Assembly (NCBI GenBank): GCA_964016885.1
Contig: OZ024749.1
Span: forward strand, 17,484,001-17,548,000
Origin: Eledone cirrhosa
Taxonomy: Eukaryota
Length of the DNA stretch: 64,000 nucleotides
Direction: 5' to 3'
This document shows positions 10,841-25,800 of this stretch, piece after piece; positions within the stretch are counted from its first letter, which is position 1; every line of letters starts with the position of its first letter. The translations under genes and the position numbers were made by a program. The notes under the pieces were generated by a model. The model saw only the letters and a list, made by a program, of their open reading frames with translations. It was not told the origin of the DNA and ran no database searches.

Positions 10841-11225
10841 AGCTATACATACCATGTTATCACTATATATTCAGTACACACAATATATGAAGTTGTCCAA
10901 AGGTAAGTCAAAGGCCGATATAACTTGGAACCAGAGTTGTCACAACTTATTTTTTTCCAGCTGATTGAACTGAATCAACATGAAATAAAATGTTTTATTG
11001 TACGATAGAACATGCTGCCCAGCCCAGGAATTGAACTCACAAGTTTATCATTGAGTCCAACACCCTAACCAATACTCTATTACCTTTTACTCATGATTTA
11101 AAGGGACCCTGTGGGAAAAACGGCAATAATACACCATTGAGATGATCAACTGGTCAATCTATCAAATAAAATGACCATCATCATCATCATTCACTGTCCA
11201 CTATCACTAAAACATAGGAAGACAT

Positions 11226-11340
11226 GTAGCTTAGTGGTAAGAGAATTAGATTGACAACCATGAGGTTCTGAGTTCAATTCCTAGACTAGGTAATGTGTTA
11301 AGTCCTTCAGCAAGTCACTTTATTTCACCTTGCTCTATCT
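11226..11340 (+). mobile_element. tRNA-derived SINE with CORE-like domain
   Basis: A box TAGCTTAGTGG and B box GAGTTCAATTCC, then gtccttcagcaagtcactttatttcac. Paralog at ~41184-41300. Confidence 0.6.
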
Positions 11341-12798
11341 GCCAGGAGTTACAACTGGTAAATTGTAGATTACATCCTCAATTGGAAAGTCCAATGGAAA
11401 CATTGTTTCCTTGGTCCAATCTGATGTGTTCCACTCCACTTGGTAAGTAAGATCTGAGATGTTGAGTTTTATTACAAAAAAAAAAAAATTACTAAAATCA
11501 AGAAACTGGGTTGGTATAGCTACCTGGTTTGGATATGTTGTGTTGTGGTATGATGTGTGTCTGTTGTGTGGGATGGGGTGTGTATTGTGGTGTAGTAATG
11601 TGGTGTGTGTGTGTAGTGTATAGAGGAAATTTTACACACATATAGGACCTAGAAGGGGTGTGTGAGGACTCTACCCCTACATCCCTCTCAGGAATAAATG
11701 AGTAAAGATAAAGAGAAGAATGTTGTAAAGTATTTTCATTTGTTAATTTTTGTAAAAAGTCCTAATTTGAACTGTCATGACCGTACCATCCAACAAATAC
11801 TGAAGTTATAAAATTGTTTTATTTAAACATAAATGTAGATATTTTGTCACAAATATGAATATAAACCAGTTAAGGTTTATAAAATAAACACATTGGAGAG
11901 AATGAGAGAGACGAAGTGAGAAAGAAATATAGAGAGGAAGAACAGACCCCAGTGGTAGACTGGTACTTTTTTCTTATCAACCTTGAATGGATGAAAGGCA
12001 AAGTTGACCTCAGAGCAGAGAACCAGAACAAATATGGCAGAAAGCATTTTATCTATTGTTTTATAGATCTTAAATAACTGTTTTTACTTTTAACTCAAGG
12101 CCAGTAATTGGAACCGAAGGAGAAAGTTGATTAAATCAACCCCAGTGGATTACTGGTACTTTATTTTACTGAACCTCTGAGGAAGAAAAGTAAAGCTAAC
12201 CTCAACAAGATTTTAATACAGAATGTAAGGGGATGTAACTATATGAGACAAAGCATATCATATGACACTCTACTGATTCTGCCAATACACCACCAAAGAG
12301 GTGTCTCTATAAGAAACCTTAATGAAAAATAATATGAAGTGGAACTTCCTCCAGAGTGTATTTGTGGATTACAATCCAAAACCTCTGAGAATGATTTCCA
12401 ACATATTTTACCATAATAAATGTTCATTAATATATATTATCATTATCATTTATTAAGTCAGGTGGATTGACCAGAACAATTCTACTATCCTTTTTTAGAT
12501 GTCACAATCTTTCATGGCATTCCTGAGATCATTAATCTCCAGCTCGACATCCAGAGACATCTGATCTATGTAGGTCAATCTCAGTCATCCCACTAGGGTC
12601 TTACTATGTTTAGGTATCCACCACAGGAGCCAGCTCATCCTACCCTCAGTAGCAATGTCCAGCATATCTTGTCCTCCGCTTACTAGTTATTGTGGAAATC
12701 TTCGATATATGGGAGTATATTTCTTCCGCTTGAGTGAGGTATATATATATATATACACATACATATATATATATGTTGAGATGTATAAGAGAAGGATT

Positions 12799-13149
12799 TC
12801 ATATTTCACACGAATAAGGTTTTTTTCCATTATGTGTTCTTCTATATCTTTTCAAGGCAAAATATTTGCCACATGTTTCACAGTGGAAGGGTTTTTCACC
12901 AGTGTGTGTTGTTTTGTGAACTCCAAGATAGGTCTTCTGAGAAAAACATTTCCCACATATTTCACAATGGTAGGGTTTTTCACCAGTATAACTTCCCATG
13001 TGGATGACAAGTTTAGAATTATCAGTGAAAGATTTCCCACATATTTCACACTGGAAGGGTTTTTCTCCAGTGTGTATTTTCTCGTGTGAGGTTAGATTCA
13101 GTTTTGAAGGGAAAGTTTTCCTGCAAATCTCACAGCTATATTCAGACAT
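12799..13149 (-). CDS. C2H2 zinc-finger gene copy 2 (type B), short and probably a decaying copy
   Basis: 116-aa [35 protein letters not shown]. Fingers 1 and 3 are intact, finger 2 has His>Tyr and finger 4 is internally deleted. Confidence 0.7.
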   Translation of the reverse strand: MSEYSCEICRKTFPSKLNLTSHEKIHTGEKPFQCEICGKSFTDNSKLVIHMGSYTGEKPYHCEICGKCFSQKTYLGVHKTTHTGEKPFHCETCGKYFALKRYRRTHNGKKPYSCEI

Positions 13150-13759
13150 ATTTCTAGCTAGTGATCTTTACATAAAGGATTCTCACCACTTTTACTTATA
13201 TATTAAGAAATGTAGATATTGTTAATATATGGTATGTAGTCTAATATACAAAGGATCCATAAAAGACTGCAGAACTCCGCTTTCTTCTTCTACAAAGTTG
13301 TAATGTAGCATTTAGTTGGTACAAGTAATAAGATATATGACAGCCCAAGACTGATTTTTGACGAAGAAAATTGAAGCGTATATTATATAATTCAATCAGA
13401 GAGAGAGTGAGAGAGGGGGGATAGAGAGATGTGTGTGTGTAGAAATATGTGTGTAAGTGTTGTAATAAATCAAGATATTTCACTTCAGATAGAAAAGTTC
13501 ACAATGTTTGTGTTGTGATAGAAAACGAAATAATACGTACTTTGGTTTTCAAGACCAAATATAAAGTCAAGAAAATTGAGTAAAAACTAAATGTTCACTG
13601 ATTTCTGATTAAAAAGACATTTTCCTGTCCTGTAAAATGTTGAACAACCACCTCAATATTTAATAATACAGGTGAGAAAACAACAACTATAAGGTAAATA
13701 AGTCACCTTATGTTATTTATAAACATTAACATTCACCTTAATATGAAATAATCATAAAA

Positions 13760-14215
13760 GAGGAAGCGAGGGCATCGGCTACCAGCACCACCTGAGCCAA
13801 GCGATGTTGACCAGCGAGGCTTGGGCGTCAGGCAAGCTCGTTGTCTCATCTGGTGGTGTGCTAGATGGCCGTGGCTGGGCAGAGAAGGCGAAGAGACAGT
13901 TTCAGCTTCTCCACGATGCGAGGGCACTGGAGGTTTGACGCGTCAAGCAAACTCAGGTGAGGTGGTGGAAGCAGCCGCACCCCATCAGTTCCAGCCCCTT
14001 ACCCGTCTATTTGTGGTGCTGCAGGGGATGGAGGATTGGGAGGGGGACTGGGGCACGAAGCGACATCAGGGTGAGTGGCTGGTTGTCACCAGCCTAGGTG
14101 CTAGGCACAACTGTGTGGGTGGAAGGGAAAATGCTGATAAGAGGGCCTCATAGCTCACCTACATCAGATATGGAGGCGTCAGAAGTCAACAGAGAAAAGA
14201 AAGGGATGCATGGAG
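13760..14215 (-). mobile_element. GC-rich degenerate insert, probably the 5' coding part of a non-LTR retrotransposon (CRE-like)
   Basis: Abrupt GC rise replacing the upstream sequence seen in type-A units. The paralog 43890-44370 translates GCSCFHQLTCIVL...LCLVC (PHD-like) and LRIRRATWVLVADALA. Confidence 0.4.
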
Positions 14216-16551
14216 AGGGAGGGCACACAAGAAGGTAGAATGTTAGCAAATAAATAAATGAATGGATGAATATACAAAAAAGAAAACAGGGACTTGTTCC
14301 GAGCAGAAAGACCCTGAGTTCAGCACGCACACATGCGAGCATGTTAGCAGTTTCTCATAGAACCTTGTGGCTAAAGGTGAGTCTTTCAATCCTGAAAACA
14401 TATGTGTTGTTATTGTCACTGATGCTGGAGTTGGCTTCCTCTTGTTAATGGTAGTGTTTGTTGGTAAGATGTTGGTGTATACACATATATGTTGTTAATG
14501 TCACCGCTGCTGTTGCTGCCTTCCTCTTGTTAATGGTAGTGATAATTGTTGGTGCTACCTACATCGGCTGTCAAGCTGGCTGCTGTATCAGCTTCTGTGA
14601 GAGATGCTCCAATGGCCTGACCAAAGATGCAGGCCAATGGCTTTTAAATAAATATATTCTCTATTTTTTTTTCTCTCTTTCTAATCCAACTCAATATCAT
14701 CAATTCGGAAGACAATGGAAACATTGTTTCCTTGGTCTAATCTGATGAGTTCCACTCCACTTGGTAAGTAAGAACTGAGATGTTGAGATTTGTTATAAAA
14801 AAAATCACTAAAATCAAGATCCTGGGTTGGTATAACTACCTGGTCTGTATGTGTAGTGGTATGGTATGTGGTGTGTTGTGGTGTGGTCTGGTATGTGGTG
14901 TGGTGTGATGCGGGGTGTTGTGGTGTGGCATGATGTGGGGTGTTGTGGTGTGGCATGATGTGTACATTGTGGTGTGTGCAGGGTGATGTGTAATGTAAAG
15001 AGGAAATTTTACACACATAGCACCTAGAAGGGGTGTGTGAGGACTCTACCCCCTACAACCCTCTCAGAAATAAATGGCTGAAGAAAAAGAGAAAAAAGTT
15101 GTAAAGTATTTTCAAACGTGAATTATTTTTTTAAAAAGTCAAAATTTCAACTGTAATGAAAGTACATTCCAACAAATATTAAAGTTATGCAATTGTTTTT
15201 ATTTACACATGTGGATATTTTGTCATAAATATAAATATAAACCAGTTAAGGATTACAATATAAACACATCAATTTTTTTTTAATGATGTCACTGTGGCAT
15301 TTGAAGCTTGGTGGAGCCCTTCACTCTCCAGGTTTGAACAGTTTTCTTCCAGAGAAGGAGAGAGAATGAGAGAGAGGAAGTGAGATAGAAATATAGAGAG
15401 GAAGAACAGACCCCAGTGATCAACCTTGAATGGACGAAAGAAAATTGACCTCAGCAGGATTTAAACTCAGAGCAGAGAACCAGGATAAATATGGCAGAAA
15501 GCATTATATCTATTGTTTTATAGACTTTAAATAAATGTTTCTACTTTTGACTCAAGGCCAGCAATTTGAAGAGAAAGGGGAATGCCAATTAAATAAGGCC
15601 CAGTGCATTACTGTTACTGTTTTTTATTAACCTTGAATGGATGAAAGTTAAAGTTGACCATGGCATGATTTAAACCCAGAACATAAAGGTCTAACTTTAT
15701 GACACAACTGATTCTGCAAATCCACCACCCTCAACAATGAAATGAGATTGTGTCTCTGTAAGAGCCTTAATGACAAATAATATGAAGAGGTACTTTACAG
15801 GGTGTATTTGTTAATTACAATACAAAACCTCTGAGAATGATTTCCAACATATTTCACCATAATAAATGTTCATCAATATATATTAATATTATTATTATAT
15901 TCTGCTAGCAAGTGTAATGTGCATATTGATATTATACATCAAATAAAATCGTAATTGACAATATATAATACATAGAAATTGAACGAAGACTATGTTACAC
16001 TGTCTTATTTAATCAGTAACATGATAGATTAAAAAAGGACGATATTATATATAAACTGCATTAGGAGAGAATTAGTGACAATTCTACTCTTCTTTTTTAG
16101 ATGTCACAATCTTCCATGGCATTCCTGAAATCATTAATTAGTGACAATTCTACTCTTCTTTTTTAGATGTCACAATCTTCCATGGCATTCCTGAGATCAT
16201 TAATCTCCAGCTGGACATCTGATCTATGTAGGTCAATCTCAGTCATCGCTCTAGTGTCTTACAATGTTTAGGTATCCACCACAATAGCCAGCTCATCCTA
16301 CCCTCAGTAGCAATGTCCCGCTTATCTTGTCCTCCCCTCCCTAGTTATTATGGTAATCTTTGATATATGTCAGTATATTTCTTCCATTTGAGTAATGTAT
16401 TAAAATACAAAAATAATAATATATATACACACACACACACACAACATTTATGTTGAGATGTATAAGATTTCTCAAGCTTCACATTTTATATTCTGCCTTC
16501 CAAAGTGTGTCTATATATATATGTGTTTTTCATATTTCACAGTGATGGGGT

Positions 16552-17626
<1,075 letters not shown>

Positions 17627-18052
17627 ATTTCATAAAGGAATCTCACCACTTCCACTCATATATTAAGTAATGTAGCATTCAGTTGGTAAAGTAATAAGAT
17701 GTATGAAAGCGTAAGACTGATCTTGGAAGAAGAAAAAGTACTAATATTTATATATATATATATATATAATGTGTGTGTGTGTGTGAATATATTTTTTTAT
17801 TTTTGTTCAGGTGAGAAGAGCTCTATTCACAATAACATCCTCAGCTCATTAAACAAACGAATAAGACTTCGTAATTTAAGGTTCTTGTTATTGAGGACAG
17901 TTCAGGTGACAAGAGAATAAATATCCATAATTTCAAAAGACGAATGTTAATATATATACACATACAGTGTGTACGTATGAGAGAGAGAAATAGACGTGTG
18001 TGTGTGTGTGTAGAAATATGTGTAAGTGTTGTAATAAATCAAGCTATTTCAC

Positions 18053-18796
18053 GGCGATATCCAATTTTAGCTGTCTAAATGCCGTTTAGTTGCTGCTTAC
18101 TTCAATGTATGAAGCTATTCCAACAAATTTACATTCCCCTTTTTTTTAGCCGTTAAAAGAAATATAGATTTATTTATTTTTATTTTTTTGCGATTTATTT
18201 GCCACTGGGGCATAGATTTCTTTATTTGCCCCTTTTTTGTTTGTTTGTTTTTTTGCGATTTATTAGCCTTTTGGGGTCACACACACCCCCGTAGAAAGTG
18301 TGCGACCTTTCTGCCAGGGAGTACAGAGAGAGGGGGGTGCTCCCTTCTTCTCTTACCTGTACAAGCCGATATAGAGAGATGGCCCACTTACACGGGCCAT
18401 TATTGCTACTTTCACCCGAAAAAGGCACTCAGTCCCAGCCAATTCCATGAAAAATGGGTAAAAGTAGCAATAATGGCCCGTGTAAGTGGGCCATTTCTCT
18501 ATATCGGCTTGTACAGGTAAGAGAAGAAGGGAGCACCCCCCCCCCCCTCTCTCTGTGGTCCCTGGCAGAAAGGTCGCACACTTTCTACGGGGGCGTGTGT
18601 GACCCCAAAAGGCTAATAAATCGCAAAAAAACAAACAAACAAAAAAGGGGCAAATAAAGAAATCTATGCCCCAGTGGCAAATAAATAAAAATAAATAAAT
18701 CTATATTTCTTTTAACGGCTAAAAAAAAAGGGGAATGTAAATTTGTTGGAATAGCCTCATACATTGAAGTAAGCAGCAACTAAACGGCATATCGCC
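18053..18796. mobile_element. Palindromic MITE, Merlin-like DNA transposon
   Basis: Almost entirely self-complementary, termini GGCGATAT/ATATCGCC. 8-bp TSD TATTTCAC (18045-18052, 18797-18804). Empty site aagatatttcacttcag is present in the paralogs. Confidence 0.85.
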
Positions 18797-19554
18797 TATT
18801 TCACTTCAGATAGAACATTTCACAATGTTTGGAAAACGAAATAATACGTACTTTAGTTTTCAAGACCAAATATAAAGTCAAGAAAAGTTAGTAAAAACTA
18901 AATGTTCACCGATTTCTGATTAAAATATTTTCCTGTCGTGTAAAATGTTGAACAAAACTTCAATATTTAATAATACACTTGATAAAACAACAACTATAAG
19001 GTAAATAAGTCACCTTATGTTATTTACAAACATTAACGTCCACCTTAATATGAAATAATCACCATAAAAGATAAAATTAGATGAGGTTTAAGTTGTAACA
19101 TTGGAGCTGATACAAATGGTAATATTTCACTGTCCAGTTGACACCGGTGTCATGTCTTAAAAGTCCCCTACATAATTTAAAACATTTAGAAACAACTCCG
19201 TTATGTTAATTCATACATTCAATCGATATGTTAGTAATTTATTCAGATTTGTATAAATAACATTATTAATTTTACATAACTGTTTATATTAAAACAAAAC
19301 ACAATATTTAAGGTAATAAAATATAAAAAAAATGGAAATGAAAAGATGAAAAACAAAAACATGAGAGACATGTGGAATGATGTGTCTTGCTTAAGGACAC
19401 AATGTACCTCCCTGTGAAAACATTATATTACAATATGCTGTATGACTTCACTATAAAATATATTTGTGTTTGTATACATATATATAGTATATATGTGTGT
19501 ATACATTGTCTCATTCCATGAGAGTAACTTGGTCAGCCTATGAACTCTTCTAGT

Positions 19555-20058
19555 TGGTGTGTTCCCCTGATCTATAAGTGATCAAGTGGTTTTCTCATTT
19601 TTGAAGTTTGTGTTACAGATAGTTAGGTTATTAGCATCACAAAATTCCAGGATCCTGGAGCCTTCCATATTTCTAGCATGAAACCCATAGCCTCCATGGA
19701 TTCCATCATAGCCATCACAACGTTTTCCAACGTGAGCATTTAGGACGCCAGCAATAATTATGTAGTCCCTGTGGTTTATTTGGGATGAAGTGAACATTAG
19801 CAAATCATAGAACCTGTCTATATAACGTCAAGTAGGCCAGATTGGCGTGCATAAACGGATATTATTGTCACAGTTGTTCTATCTAAAACTAGTCTTATTT
19901 TAATTATTCTGTCGTTCACTCTATTTATGGCAATTACCTTAGCTACCCATTTCTCTGCTAACATAATTCCTACTCCACCCAGCCCTTTGTCATTTCCCAT
20001 CCAGAGAGGTTTATAGCATCGTTTATACCCACACACCCCTCCACCTACTCTCTTGAAC
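19555..20058 (-). mobile_element. RTE LINE family A, endonuclease fragment
   Basis: Translates GLGGVGIMLAEKW...IISVYA...ILEFCDANNLTICNTNFK. Shares its 5' breakpoint with the copies ending at ~26072 and ~55583. Confidence 0.85.
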
Positions 20059-20602
20059 ATATATATACTGTATATATATATACTACATACACTATATATA
20101 ATGTTGTCCAAAGGAATGGCTGAAACAGATTGACACCAATGATGTCACAGTTCATCATTTAATGTCCAATCTGATGAGTTCCACTCCACTTGCTAAGGTC
20201 TGGGATGTTGAGATTTGTTACAAAAATATCACTAAAACCAAGATACTGGATTGGTATAACTACATGGTTTGTATGTGTTGTGGTGTGGCATGATGTGTCT
20301 GTTGTGTGGGATGGGGGTGTGTATTGTGGTGTGTGTGCAGAGTGATGTGTGTTGTGTGTGTGTAGTGTATAGGAGAAATTTTACAAACATAGGACCTAGA
20401 AGAGGACTCTACCCCCTACAACACTCTCAGAAATAAATGAAGAAAAAGAGAAGAAAGATGTAAAGTATTTTCAAATGTGAATTATTTTTTTAAAAAGTCA
20501 TACTTTGAACTGTCATGAAAGTACCATCCAACAAATATTAAAGTTATGCAATTGTTTTTATTTACACATGTGGATATTTTGTCATAAATGATGTAGTCGT
20601 AA

Positions 20603-21346
<744 letters not shown>

Positions 21347-22380
21347 ATTTCATAAAGGAATCTCACCACTTCCACTCATATAATAAGAAATGTAGCATTC
21401 AGTTGGTAAAGTAATAAGATGTATGAAAGCGTAAGACTGATCTTGGAAGAAGAAAAAGCAAGTGTGTGTGTGTTTTTTTTAATTTTTGTTAAGGTGAGAA
21501 GCTCTATTCACAATAACATCCTCAGTTCATAAAACAGACGAATAAGACTTCGTAATTTAAGGTTCTTGTTATTGAGGACAGTTCAGGTGACAAGAGAATT
21601 AATATCCATAATTACAAAAGATGAAGATTAATATATATACATATATACACATACATACAGTGTGTACGTATGAGATAGAGAAATAGACGCGTGTGTGTGA
21701 GTGTGTAGAAATGTGTATAGGTGTTGTAATAAATCAAGATATTTCACTTCAGATGGTAGACAAGTTCACAATGTTTGTGTTGTGATGTTTTCAAGACCAA
21801 ATATAAAGTCAAGAAAAGTTAGTAAAAACTAAAAGTTCACTGATTTCTGATTAAAATAATATTTTCCTGTCCTGTAAAATGTTGAACAACCACTTCAATA
21901 TTGAATAATACAGGTGATAAAACAACAACTATAAAGGTAAGTAAGTCACTTATGTTATTTACAAACATTAACGTTCACCTTAATATGAAATAATGACCAT
22001 AAAAGATCAAATTAGATGAGGTTTAAGTTGTAACAATGGAACTATTATAAATGGTAATATTTCACTGTCTAGTTGACACCGGTGTCATGACTTAAAAGTG
22101 CCCTACATAATTTAATACATTCAGAAACAACTTCCGTTATGTTAATTCACACGTTCAATCGATATGTTAGTAATTTATTCAGATTTGTATAAATAACATT
22201 ATTAATTTCACATAACTCTTTATATTGAAGCAAAACACAATATTAAATGTAATAAAACATTTATAAAATGGAAATGAAAAGATGAAAAACAAAAACATTA
22301 GAGACCTCTGGAATGATGTGTCTTGCTTAAGGACACAATGTACCTCCCCTTGAAAACATTATATTAGAATATGCTGTTGG

Positions 22381-22572
22381 GGCGGTGGATTGGCAGTATC
22401 GGGAGAGGGTCGGACGCTATGCTTTGCAGAACAGTTACTTCCCTTTACGGACTGAGTTCAAATCCCGCCGAGGTTAACTTTGCCTTTCATCCTTACGGGG
22501 TCGATAAAATAAAGTACCAGTAATACACTCGGATAATTGCTGGCCTTGTGCCAGAAGTAGAAACAATTATAT
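22381..22572 (+). mobile_element. tRNA-derived Nin/Deu-like SINE
   Basis: GGCGGTGGATTGGCAGTATCGG...GAGTTCAAATCCCGCCGAGGTTAACTTTGCCTTTCATCCTTACGGGGTCGATAAAATAAAGTACC. Confidence 0.75.
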
Positions 22573-22894
22573 TACAATATATTCTGTATAACTTCACTAT
22601 AAAATATATTTGTGTTTGTATACATATATATAGTATATATGTGCATATACATTGTTTCATTCCATGAGAGAAACTTGGTCTACCTATGAACTCCTCATCC
22701 GACCCTTCTATATGTATATACATGTTTGTCAGTGTGTGTCTACATATGTATATAATTGTCACAACTACTATATACACCACATATACACTATATATAATAT
22801 TGTCCAATATATATAGACTATATGTCATGTTGTCCAAGGGAAAGGTTGATATAGATCGGCACCAGTGACATTATAACTATTATATACACTATAT

Positions 22895-25800
22895 ATCATC
22901 ATCATCATTATTGTTTAACATCTATCTTCCACGCTAGCATGGGTTAGACGGGAATTGTCCTACTTGAGGCAAGATTGATCAGGTGACCTTGTGTTGCTCA
23001 AATAGGACTGTATCTGGCATGTTTTCTACGGCTATCCAGCTATTCCTAACAACAACCACATTTCCAGTGTGAACTGGGAGTCTTTTCGTCATGACACCTA
23101 CACGACCTCTTTAGTTTGGACTGGATGTTGTAGTACCAATATAACTTTACAGAGACAGGGTGGTGTTAGTGGGAGTGGGAGGATGGAGTAGGGGTTGTGG
23201 GTTGGGTGTATATTTGGTTAGGAGGGGCCTACTGACTGAAGGGTAACTTTGCATGTAGGGAAGGCAGGTCTTTTCTGTTACTGCATGGCATCATATATCT
23301 CAATAGAGTGACATTGTCTAAGAGAGGCATAAGTGTGCAAGGTTGGATTTTATGTAATCCCATGTTTTTCTGGGTCTACCTACGCCGTAACTTCCATCAA
23401 TTTTGATCACCCTGCACTTTTTTTTATAAAGCTGTCATCTTTTCTGTGCATCACGTGACCATACCAACATAATCTTTGCTCAAGTAATCAGCATCTGATC
23501 CCCCTTATTCCTAATTCTCACTTAGTTCGTTTTTATTTTGCCGTTCATGTATATTACAATTACACATCCAACGGAGCATGCATGCTTCGTTCCTTTCCAA
23601 TCTGCGCAGGTCCTCTGCACAGAATGCCCATGTCTCACTGCCATGTAACATTGTTGTTCGTATACAGGCATAATACAATCTGCCTTTCATTCTTACGGAG
23701 AAACTGAGCTCTCTGAGCTTTTTCCATCCCGTTCTGACTCTGGTTACTGTTCTTTCAGAACACTCTCCATCACTGCTGATTTCATCACCCAGGCAACAGA
23801 AAGTGCCCCCTATTTCTATAGAACCATCTGGGCAATAGAAGGAGCTAGTATCCCGTGGACACTTGCTACTTATTGCACATGAGCATTGGCCACATATAAA
23901 GTCTACATTCTTAGATAGCTTGCCTGTGATCCCACTACATCTTTTATGTACCCATAGTTTGTATTTGGGACATAGAATGGAATTTCTACCTACTCCTTTC
24001 CCACACACTGAGCATGGCCATTTCCCAGAGGGCGCCAGTGCCCTATTTTTCTTTCTACATACTAGAAATTTAGTCTTAGACAAGTTAACTATAAGGGCTT
24101 TTGATTCTATGCCATGATTCCATGTTTGGAATTTCTTCTCTAGTTCAGCCATTGATTGAGCTATGAGCGTTAGATCCTCTGCATATAGAAGTTCCCATGG
24201 GCAGCCAGTCTTAAACTCCTCTGTTATAGCCTGAAGGGCAATAATAAACAGGAGGGGACTAAGGACGGAGCCTTGATGAACACCTACTTTTACGCTAAAA
24301 TCTTCACTATATACATTGTTAATTCTAACCTTGCTGACTGTTTCTCTATACATGGCTTGAATAGCTCTAACAAGCCATTCAGCTACTCCTAGTTTTCTAA
24401 GAGCCCACCAGATAATGGAGCGGGGGACTCTGTCAAAGGCTTTCTCCAAGTCAATAAACGCTAAGTAGATAGGTTTACTTTTACCTAGGTACTTCTACTG
24501 TAGTTGCTGTACAAGGAAAAGAGCATCTGTGGTACGTTTACCTGGCACGAACCCAAACTGCATCTCATTTAGATCAATTTGGTCTCTGATTAGTTGCACT
24601 ATAACTCTTTCTATGACCTTCATGATCTGGTCAACTAACTTAATCCCTGTGTAGTTTCCTCTATCTAGAGCATCTCCTTTGCCCTTGTAGGAGTTAATGA
24701 TGGTATGACCCCATTCTGAATTATTTGGTTTACTATCTGGTGTTCATAGTATGTCCCACCATTCCAGATGCTTTCAACATCTCAACAACTATCTCCGAAG
24801 GCCTGGCCTGTCTTCATATCTTTGATTGCCTTACTTATTATACTTATTAACTTGCACCGATGGTCCTTCTATTGGATCGATTTGGGGCAGACTAACTTTT
24901 TCCCATTTATTCTCCTCATTTAGTAGTCTCTCGTAGTGACACTTCCAAGCTACCTTATTATCAGCATCAGTGAGGACAAGTACACCATCATCATTACAGA
25001 CACACTTCTCCCCGACAATATTATGGTTTTCCTTGACACTTTGTTTTGTGATCCTGAACATCTCACGCTTTTGGTCCTCACGTTGTAGAATATGATTGAA
25101 CTTTCTATCCTCTGCTTCCCTTCTTGCAAAGTACAATTGTCTCCTAGTCACCTAATAGTGTTCTCTACTTTCCCCATCCTACAATACTTTCCAAGCCTGC
25201 TTTTTGGCCCTGATTGCCTCTTCCAGCTTACTGTTCCACCTCCAAGTTACTCTCCTCCTGCCTATAGGTCTGCTCCAGCAACAGATTTCCTCTGTCACCT
25301 TCAGTAGGTTAACTTTCAAGAATTCGCACTGTTCCTCTATATTGTACGTCTCTAATTGCTTTTCGTTACTGTGAAAAGCATTAACAAATATGCTTTTAAA
25401 TTTGTTACTGGCTGTGGGGTCCTTCAACTTCCATATTCTTCTCCTCAAAGTAGTCCTCATCTGTCTACGAGGTCACTAACTATTAGGCTATGTTAGGAGG
25501 TGAATTCTTCACAGGGGAGGGATTTAGTGTTTACAACAGACACTCTGTCACATCTTCTAGTAAGGATATAATATATCTGGCTGGCGTGTTCACCTGATCT
25601 ATAAGTGATCAAGTGATTGTCTCATTATTTGAAGTTTGTGTTACAGATAGTTAGGTTATTAGCGTCACAAAATTCAAGTACCCTGAAGCCTTCCTCATTT
25701 CTAGTACCAAAACCATAGCCATCACTATGTAGTTCAACGTGACCATTTAGGTCACCAGCAATAATTATGTAGTCACTGTCGGTTATTTGGGAGGAAGTGA

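Noticed and set aside
14740-14780. CTGATGAGTTCCACTCCACTTGGTAAGT...CTGA as a C/D snoRNA, hammerhead or plus-strand exon
   Set aside because: Too short between the C and D boxes, hammerhead stems do not close, and the motif is mutated in several paralogs. Recurrence is explained by segmental duplication.
14681-15018. His/Thr/Pro-rich ORFs (also at 26158, 41430, 44823)
   Set aside because: Translations of a degenerate (GTGTG)n simple repeat.
18188-18779. Mirror-image ORF pairs
   Set aside because: Artefact of the palindromic MITE.
22381-22470. tRNA gene
   Set aside because: A and B boxes are present but no cloverleaf forms, and the sequence continues into a SINE body.
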